This document shows, one piece after another, positions 57,793 through 64,000 of a DNA stretch of 64,000 nucleotides. This stretch comes from Flavobacteriales bacterium (GTDB lineage Bacteria; Bacteroidota; Bacteroidia; Flavobacteriales; Flavobacteriaceae): NCBI GenBank assembly GCA_017302935.1, contig JAFLBT010000001.1:15429-79428 (forward strand). The letters run 5' to 3'. The notes under the pieces were generated by a model. It worked only from the letters and a program-made list of their open reading frames with translations, did not search any database and had not been told where the DNA came from. Both the position numbers and the translations under genes were made by a program. How positions within the stretch are numbered: the first letter of the stretch is position 1; every line of letters begins with the position of its first letter.

Positions 57793-57920
57793 AGGGATTG
57801 CAGTGGAAAGCTTTTTTGATTTTTTTGTACAAATGCCCGAGCGAGGAAGCGACCAACGGAAGCTACCGCAGCTGGAGCAGTTGTTGAAAAAAATCAAAAA
57901 ACTTGGAACGGAAAACCCGG
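57793..57920 (+). ncRNA. Structured repeat element, Flavo-1 RNA motif-like
   Basis: GGGATTGCAGTGGAAAG ... GGAACGGAAAACCC ends, internal 15-bp stem TTTTTTGATTTTTTT/AAAAAAATCAAAAAA. Confidence 0.5.
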
Positions 57921-58024
57921 CCGTTCGCCCAAAAAAAAGCAAATTTCATACTATTTTGACAGATGAAATTTGCTTTTCTATTTGGTTAACTAGTGTCGTA
58001 TGTTTAAAAAAGTCTCGTTTTTAA

Positions 58025-58948
58025 TTAGAAAACATAGTTTACGGCTACACCCAACACTTGACGCGTTTGAAAACCTCTAAAAGCGTTATCGTCATAAATG
58101 GTTTGGAAAGAAATATTGGTTGATAAAAACTTATTGATTTTCATTACAACATTTAATTGATAATCTATATCCACATTTTGTGGGTCTTCAAGATAATTAG
58201 AATATACACTCATGATGTTTTCTGCTGTAACGTTTTCAAATAATTTGAATTTATAATACCCCGCAGCATAAAAACCTAGTTCGTATCGAATAGATTTATT
58301 TGCATCAACTCCAAAATAAGAACCATCAACATATCCTGGAACAGAAGTATAATCTTTATCAACAATGGTAAGTTTAGAGGAAAGTGGTGCTAAGTTAAAT
58401 TTAAAATCATCTCTTTTTTTCCACATCATACCGGGTCCAAAAGTTAAGTAACCGGGTGAAAGCAAGTTGGTGTTTTCTGTTCTAACCTCAACACCGTCCA
58501 CATTTGAATACGCAAAACCTTTTGTAAATTGGGTTCTAAAGTTTAAAAAAGCCGAATAATACCAATATCCTTTTGCTTTTTTACCGGCAAGTGAGTTGAA
58601 CTCAAAACGGTCATCGGTTTTCTTTTCGAATTCTGAGTTTTTGGTTTTAACCAAACCATATGAAGCAATTACTTTATTGTCCCAAGAAATATCTTTTCTT
58701 TTGTAGTTAAAATCATAATTTACCCCAAGATTCCCAGAAATATTATCTTCACCACCCGCTACCCAGTTATTAAAAGTAGATTGATTGAACAAAAATGAAA
58801 TATTTCCTTTTTTTGTCCATCCGGAAGTTCTGGTAGTATCTTCTACTGCTTTTACAACATCATCTACGCTTTTTACTACTTCTTTTTGAGCAGAAGCTTC
58901 CCACCCAAAAATAATACATAATAGAAAAATTAATTTTTTCATGTCCAT
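58025..58948 (-). CDS. DUF3078 family outer-membrane protein
   Basis: NNWVAGG, KKTDD, RTQFTKG, N.DIDY motifs. C-terminal YVF. Confidence 0.82.
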   Translation of the reverse strand: MDMKKLIFLLCIIFGWEASAQKEVVKSVDDVVKAVEDTTRTSGWTKKGNISFLFNQSTFNNWVAGGEDNISGNLGVNYDFNYKRKDISWDNKVIASYGLVKTKNSEFEKKTDDRFEFNSLAGKKAKGYWYYSAFLNFRTQFTKGFAYSNVDGVEVRTENTNLLSPGYLTFGPGMMWKKRDDFKFNLAPLSSKLTIVDKDYTSVPGYVDGSYFGVDANKSIRYELGFYAAGYYKFKLFENVTAENIMSVYSNYLEDPQNVDIDYQLNVVMKINKFLSTNISFQTIYDDNAFRGFQTRQVLGVAVNYVF

Positions 58949-59027
58949 ACATTTTTATTGATTATGGGACAAAGGTAGTAATTGTTCTTTTATTAACAAT
59001 TTTAACAAAATTTGCTTCTGTACTAAT

Positions 59028-59534
59028 TTATTTTGGAGCCTTGAATAACGGAACAGCGGAACAAGCTTCGCCAAACATCACACTTTTGGCTACTTTTTGA
59101 AGGTTTTGCATAGCAAAAATGTATGCCGATTCAGGTACCGGTTTTTTAGAACATCCTTTTATGATTACCGGTTTATCGCTGTAGATGGAATAATCGATTT
59201 GATTAAGGATTTCGCTATATAATAAGGTGTCGATTTCTTCTTTTTTTCCTAAAATAATTTTCTTAGCAAACGGTTGTAGGTGTACCGTAACTAAAATGGT
59301 TGCCCAAGCCGGTAAAATGGCATCGGTTGAGCAATGAATCGCCACAAAATGGTTTTGATACTGCGACCAATCGTGGTTTTTTAATGCTTCACGGAAGTTT
59401 TTTTCTTTTAGTAAAAAACCTTCTTCCAACCATTGAGCAACATCAATTTGTGTTCGATTTCCGGAAGGATAATAATCTTCTAAATCGAACACTTCGAGTG
59501 ATGAGTTGGCTACTTTGTTGATGATTTCGTTCAT
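59028..59534 (-). CDS. DUF2480 family protein
   Basis: EIINKVANS, LKEKNFR, CSTDAILPAWA, KGCS, MFGEACS.VP. Confidence 0.85.
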   Translation of the reverse strand: MNEIINKVANSSLEVFDLEDYYPSGNRTQIDVAQWLEEGFLLKEKNFREALKNHDWSQYQNHFVAIHCSTDAILPAWATILVTVHLQPFAKKIILGKKEEIDTLLYSEILNQIDYSIYSDKPVIIKGCSKKPVPESAYIFAMQNLQKVAKSVMFGEACSAVPLFKAPK

Positions 59535-59536
59535 TT

Positions 59537-59651
59537 CCGTTGTCGGTTGTCGGTTATCGGTTGTCGGTTGTCGGTTATCGGTTGTCGGTTATCGGTTGTC
59601 GGTTGTCGGTTATCGGTTGTCAGAAAACAGACAACGGATAACTGACAACGG
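59537..59651. repeat. Heptamer tandem array: 12 x CGGTT(G/A)T plus 3 inverted units
   Basis: Twelve units at 59537-59620, CAGAAAACAG spacer, then ACAACGG ATAACTG ACAACGG. Confidence 0.92.
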
Positions 59652-59653
59652 TC

Positions 59654-59977
59654 TTACAGCATCCCCAATTCTAATTTGGCTTCTTCGCTCATTAAATCTT
59701 TGCTCCATGGCGGATCAAAAGTGATTTCTACTTCGCAGGATTTTACGGCATCGAGTGATTTTATTTTTTCTTCAACTTCTCTTGGTAATGTCTCAGCAAC
59801 GGGACAATTTGGTGAGGTTAGCGTCATTAACACTTTTACATCGTTGTCTTCATTGATCATTACGTCGTAAATTAATCCGAGTTCGTATATGTCAACGGGA
59901 ATTTCCGGGTCGTAAATTCCTTTAAGTACTCTTACGACTGATTCGCCTAGGTTTATTTCGTCTTTGTATTCTTCCAT
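59654..59977 (-). CDS. SUF system Fe-S assembly protein, DUF59/SufT-like
   Basis: YDPEIPVDIYELGLIY, TLTSPNCP, FDPPW. Confidence 0.92.
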   Translation of the reverse strand: MEEYKDEINLGESVVRVLKGIYDPEIPVDIYELGLIYDVMINEDNDVKVLMTLTSPNCPVAETLPREVEEKIKSLDAVKSCEVEITFDPPWSKDLMSEEAKLELGML

Positions 59978-60005
59978 TTTGTTAATTTAAAAAATTGAAT
60001 GTTTA

Positions 60006-60485
60006 TTAACCATATAAGTAGTATAAGGGAATATAAGTTAATCCCAAATTTGATTATATAAATTGTTAATATACGTTTTCTGGCCTTCTTTGTAAATGTT
60101 TGTTACATTAAAATTGATTAATAATCCTATTGGTATTTTTAATAAATTCATGTAAGATAAAATCTGAGCTTCAAAAATCGGTTTCATTTCTGTGACCGAT
60201 TTTAATTCAACTACTAATTTATCATCAATTAAAAAATCACATCTTAATTCGGCATCAACTTCAATACCTTTGTATTGAATGGGTATTAATAATTCCGATT
60301 TGAATTTAATTTTTCTTAATTCAAGTTCGTGTTTAAGACATTTATAATAAACACTCTCAAGCAATCCGGGACCAAGACTTTTATGAACTTCAATTGCTGC
60401 TCCATTTACTTGATAAATCAAATCCTTTAAATCTTGTTTTGTATAATTCATAAATCTTATAATCTTATATGGCTTATAAGGTTAA
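60006..60485. mobile_element. Candidate miniature mobile element: GxxExxY gene between inverted iteron ends
   Basis: Both ends read TTAACC(A/T)TATAAG inward, each with three TATAAG iterons. Confidence 0.6.
60038..60451 (-). CDS. GxxExxY protein (PD-(D/E)XK nuclease-like)
   Basis: LGPGLLESVY, RCDFLIDDKLVVELKS, Q..SY, GLLINFN. Confidence 0.93.
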   Translation of the reverse strand: MNYTKQDLKDLIYQVNGAAIEVHKSLGPGLLESVYYKCLKHELELRKIKFKSELLIPIQYKGIEVDAELRCDFLIDDKLVVELKSVTEMKPIFEAQILSYMNLLKIPIGLLINFNVTNIYKEGQKTYINNLYNQIWD

Positions 60486-60490
60486 AAAAG

Positions 60491-60910
60491 TTATTGCTTC
60501 GCTTCAAATGCTAAAGCATACATTTTTATCTGCTTGATCATTGAGACCAAACCGTTTGCTCTAGTTGGTGATAGATGTTCTTTTAACCCAATTTCATCAA
60601 TAAAATCAGTATTGGCATCTAAAATATCAGCAGGTTTTTGGTTGGAAAACGCTCGAATTAAAATAGCGATGATTCCTTTAGTCAAAATAGCATCGCTGTC
60701 GGCAGTAAAAGTAATTTTTCCATCATTTTCTTCACCTTGCAACCACACTTTGGATTGACACCCTTTGATAATGTTTTCATCGGTTTTGAATTTTTCATCA
60801 ATCAGCGGCAACGATTTTCCGAGTTCGATAATGTATTCGTATCGTTGCATCCAATCATCAAACATCGAAAATTCATCTACAATTTCATTTTGAATTTCTT
60901 GAATAGTCAT
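60491..60910 (-). CDS. sufE: SufE family sulfur acceptor protein
   Basis: RYEYIIELGK, IKGCQSKVW, DSDAILTKG, SPTRANG. Confidence 0.95.
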   Translation of the reverse strand: MTIQEIQNEIVDEFSMFDDWMQRYEYIIELGKSLPLIDEKFKTDENIIKGCQSKVWLQGEENDGKITFTADSDAILTKGIIAILIRAFSNQKPADILDANTDFIDEIGLKEHLSPTRANGLVSMIKQIKMYALAFEAKQ

Positions 60911-60911
60911 T

Positions 60912-61334
60912 TTATTCTTTTATGGTTAAAAGCACTAATTTATTGATAAAATTTTCAATTTCAACCGGAGGATAACCATGGTCAAAACCATCCGTAGTAT
61001 AGGTTTTACCCTCTAAACTAATGGTAATGTTGGCATGAGCTGCACCGTCATAAAGTCTTTTAGACGTTGGAGCTTTTAAGTTTTTCATGTTCTCTAAATT
61101 GATTTCACGAAACGCTTCTACTAGTTCTTTCCAATCTTGCTTTGTAAGGGTTAACTCGGTTGGTTTTTCATCACGAGCATTTACCACAGATACATTTTTA
61201 TTTTCAATTTTTATTGTTTTATAAAAACCCCGAGACAACGCTTGGTATTCAATTACAGCATTGTCAATATCGGAAGTGTCAGAACATCCTTTGGCTAGAA
61301 AAAAAGATAAAAAAATGGTAAAAATAGTTTTCAT
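60912..61334 (-). CDS. Hypothetical lipoprotein
   Basis: Lipobox LAKGC, motif DGAAHA ... FDHG.PP. Confidence 0.75.
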   Translation of the reverse strand: MKTIFTIFLSFFLAKGCSDTSDIDNAVIEYQALSRGFYKTIKIENKNVSVVNARDEKPTELTLTKQDWKELVEAFREINLENMKNLKAPTSKRLYDGAAHANITISLEGKTYTTDGFDHGYPPVEIENFINKLVLLTIKE

Positions 61335-61350
61335 GTGCTTTTATTTTAAA

Positions 61351-62565
61351 TTAACTCAACATCATTTGTGCTTTTTTAACGGCTTCTACCAACGCATCAA
61401 TTTCTTCTTTGGTGTTGTAAAACGCAAACGAAGCTCTCAAAGTTCCCGGTATTTGATAAAAATCCATAATGGGTTGAGCACAATGGTGTCCGGTGCGAAC
61501 CGCTATACCTAATTTGTCAATAATCGTACCAACATCATACGGATGAATGCCGTCAAGATTAAACGAAATTACGGAAGTTTTTTGGTTTGATGTACCATAA
61601 ATTTTCAAACCTTCTATTTCCAGCAATCTTTTAGTTCCGTATTCAAGTAATTCGTGTTCGTAGGCGGCAATGTTTTCAAAACCAATTGTATTGAGGTAAT
61701 CAATGGCGGTTCCGAGGACAATTCCACCCGCAATATTTGGAGTTCCGGCTTCAAATTTATGGGGTAATTCGGCATAAGTTGTTTTTTCAAACGAAACGGT
61801 CGCAATCATTTCGCCCCCGCCTTGGTAAGGTGGTAATTGGTTTAACCAAGCTTCTTTTCCGTATAAAATTCCGGTTCCGGTTGGTCCGCAGATTTTGTGT
61901 CCGGAAAACACATAAAAATCACAATCTAAGTCTTGCACATCGGGTTTGAGATGCGGTGTGGCTTGTGCTCCATCGATTAAGACCGCCGCACCAACTTCGT
62001 GGGCTTTCTCAATCATCCATTGAATAGGATTGATAGTTCCCAACGCATTTGAAATATGATTAACGGTTACGATTTTGGTTTTTTGTGAAAGTAATCGTTC
62101 GTATTCAGATTGAATTAATTCGCCGGTTTCGTTCATCGGAATCACGACTAATTTCGCTCCGGTTTTTTCGCAAAGCATTTGCCACGGAACGATGTTACTG
62201 TGGTGTTCTAACGCAGAAACCATGACTTCATCACCCGGTTTTAAGAAACTCGCAAAACCATTTGCCACTAAGTTAATACCGTGCGTAGTTCCGGAAGTAA
62301 AAAGCACTTCGTGACTGAATTTAGCATTGATATGCTGTTGAATTTTATGACGAGACGCTTCGTATGCATCGGTAGCCAATTGACTCAAAGTATGCACTCC
62401 GCGGTGAATATTGGCATTAATTTCTTTGTAATAATTCGCTTCGGTATCAATTACCACTTGAGGTTTTTGCGAAGTGGCGGCGTTATCGAAATAGACAAGC
62501 GGTTTTCCGTTTACGGTTTGAGAAAGTATCGGGAAATCGGCTCTTATTTTTTGACTATCTATCAT
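61351..62565 (-). CDS. sufS: SufS-type cysteine desulfurase
   Basis: YFDNAATSQKP, EHHSN, FSGHK (PLP Lys), RTGHHCA. Confidence 0.96.
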   Translation of the reverse strand: MIDSQKIRADFPILSQTVNGKPLVYFDNAATSQKPQVVIDTEANYYKEINANIHRGVHTLSQLATDAYEASRHKIQQHINAKFSHEVLFTSGTTHGINLVANGFASFLKPGDEVMVSALEHHSNIVPWQMLCEKTGAKLVVIPMNETGELIQSEYERLLSQKTKIVTVNHISNALGTINPIQWMIEKAHEVGAAVLIDGAQATPHLKPDVQDLDCDFYVFSGHKICGPTGTGILYGKEAWLNQLPPYQGGGEMIATVSFEKTTYAELPHKFEAGTPNIAGGIVLGTAIDYLNTIGFENIAAYEHELLEYGTKRLLEIEGLKIYGTSNQKTSVISFNLDGIHPYDVGTIIDKLGIAVRTGHHCAQPIMDFYQIPGTLRASFAFYNTKEEIDALVEAVKKAQMMLS

Positions 62566-62618
62566 TTTTATTTAGAAAAATTCTAAATACAAAAATAGTA
62601 AAAAAGGAACTCGTAACC

Positions 62619-62646
62619 GCCACAAATTCACGAATTTTTATGAATT
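62619..62646 (+). repeat. GCCAC-type iteron cluster
   Basis: GCCACAAATT CACGAATT TTTA TGAATT, related to 7130-7158. Confidence 0.55.
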
Positions 62647-62720
62647 GTGAGAGCTGAAATACCTCAAATGCTGTTTTTTATTTCTTATTATTTTATACAT
62701 TGCACGAAATAACATTTCAA

Positions 62721-64000
62721 ATGAAAAAGATTTTCAAATTTTTAGGTGTTTTGCTTTTATTGGTTGTCGTTTATGTGGGGGTAACCACCTATCCCAAATT
62801 GGATATTGTATCCGGTTTTTCGGCTAAAAGTGTGGCTTCGGGACATTTTATTGATGGTCGTTCTCTGGAAGTTATTGAAAGTGGCGATAATGACATAGAT
62901 AATGTTCGTTTGGCAACTAATGAAATCCATGAAGAAGGAAAATTTGTTATTTCTTCTGCTTTCGGATTAAAAAAACGCAAAGCCCTTTACCGAGAAGGTT
63001 TGGGAGCAACATTGATAAATGATGATTTTGATGAAACACAACCGTATTTGGTTCCGAAACGAAATAAAACAGCACTTAACTTATCTTTTCCGTATGGAAA
63101 TTTGGAACCCAAAGACAGCGTTTTTCCGGAAGTGAATTACGAAAAACTGAATCAAGCGGTTGATAATGCTTTTGATAAAAAAGGTGAAAAAAACAAACGA
63201 ACACGAGCTCTTTTGGTCCTTTATAAAGACCAAATCATTGCTGAGAAATACGAAAACGGATTTTCTAAAAACACCAAATTCTTAGGTTGGTCGATGACCA
63301 AAAGTATCACAGCGACTTATTTTGGAATTTTGCAAAAACAAGGAAAAATTGACATTACTAAACCCGTTGGTTTACCGGAATGGGCAAATGATGAACGTTC
63401 TAAGATTACATTACACCATTTGATTCAAATGAATTCCGGTTTGGAATGGGAAGAAGATTATGGAAAAATTTGTGATGTAACAGAAATGCTTTTTTTGGCC
63501 GAAGATATGCCCAAAGTGCAATTGGAAAAACCGGCTGCTTATGCCCCTAATACGCATTGGAATTACTCTTCGGGAACAACCAATTTGCTTTCCGGAATTT
63601 TGCGAAGACAATTTACAACGCATCAGGAATATTTAGATTTTTGGTATGCTTCACTAATCGATAAAATCGGCATGCATTCGATGTTGATTGAACCGGATAT
63701 GGCCGGGAATTTCGTAGGTTCATCGTATGGTTGGGCAACCGCTCGCGATTGGGCGAAATTTGGCTTGCTTTATTTGCACGAAGGCAATTGGAATGGTGAA
63801 CAAATTTTTGATAAAAGCTGGGCGAAGTATGTGGCGACTCCTACTCCTACTTCTAACGGTGCTTATGGCGGTCATTTTTGGTTAAATTCGGGTGGAACTT
63901 ATCCTGATGTGCCGAAAGATATGTATTATGCCAGTGGTTACCAAGGGCAAAAAGTTATCATTATTCCATCGAAAGAAATGGTAATTGTTCGTTTTGGATT
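62721..64000 (+). CDS. Serine hydrolase (class C beta-lactamase-like), 3' truncated; absent from ORF track
   Basis: Hand translation from MKKIFKFLG gives the SxxK motif WSMTK at about 63291 and WNYSSG. Frame is open to the window end. Confidence 0.9.
   Translation, partial: MKKIFKFLGVLLLLVVVYVGVTTYPKLDIVSGFSAKSVASGHFIDGRSLEVIESGDNDIDNVRLATNEIHEEGKFVISSAFGLKKRKALYREGLGATLINDDFDETQPYLVPKRNKTALNLSFPYGNLEPKDSVFPEVNYEKLNQAVDNAFDKKGEKNKRTRALLVLYKDQIIAEKYENGFSKNTKFLGWSMTKSITATYFGILQKQGKIDITKPVGLPEWANDERSKITLHHLIQMNSGLEWEEDYGKICDVTEMLFLAEDMPKVQLEKPAAYAPNTHWNYSSGTTNLLSGILRRQFTTHQEYLDFWYASLIDKIGMHSMLIEPDMAGNFVGSSYGWATARDWAKFGLLYLHEGNWNGEQIFDKSWAKYVATPTPTSNGAYGGHFWLNSGGTYPDVPKDMYYASGYQGQKVIIIPSKEMVIVRFG

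Noticed and set aside
57745-58024. Short ORFs after hflX
   Set aside because: They are translations of the structured repeat element with no protein-like features.
59537-59651. Possible CRISPR array
   Set aside because: Units are contiguous 7-mers with no unique spacers, and no cas genes are present.
59506-59724. ORF with SVVGCRL repeats
   Set aside because: It is the translation of the 7-bp DNA array (21 bp = 7 aa) and overlaps real genes on the other strand.

Overview
AT-rich, gene-dense chromosomal window from a Flavobacterium-like member of the Bacteroidota. Evidence: gldD/gldE, T9SS cargo and a PorP/OmpA cassette, and TAnnTTTG promoters. Most of it is core genome: ssb, mutY, HU, rng, pbpC and alpha-2-macroglobulin, tadA, dxs, dgt, nrdAB, fbp, aspartokinase, queD, hflX, the suf operon tail and tRNA-Ala(GGC). 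There is no prophage, IS transposase or CRISPR array. The most unusual signal is in the gene junctions. A GxxExxY (PD-(D/E)XK-like) nuclease gene sits in a 480-bp unit inside the suf operon, bounded by TTAAC ends and inverted TATAAG iterons. At least three other junctions carry gene-less arrays of converging 7-bp iterons, and further iteron, REP-like and Flavo-1-like elements are present, which suggests a family of miniature mobile elements. Other highlights are a 30-aa ribosomal bS22-like ORF missed by the ORF track, a 1030-aa tail-fibre-like exported protein, a 1135-aa outer-membrane barrel candidate with SprA-like motifs followed by a twin His/Cys-motif lipoprotein, and a 2251-aa repeat adhesin. 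All family calls are from motif recognition by eye, not database searches.
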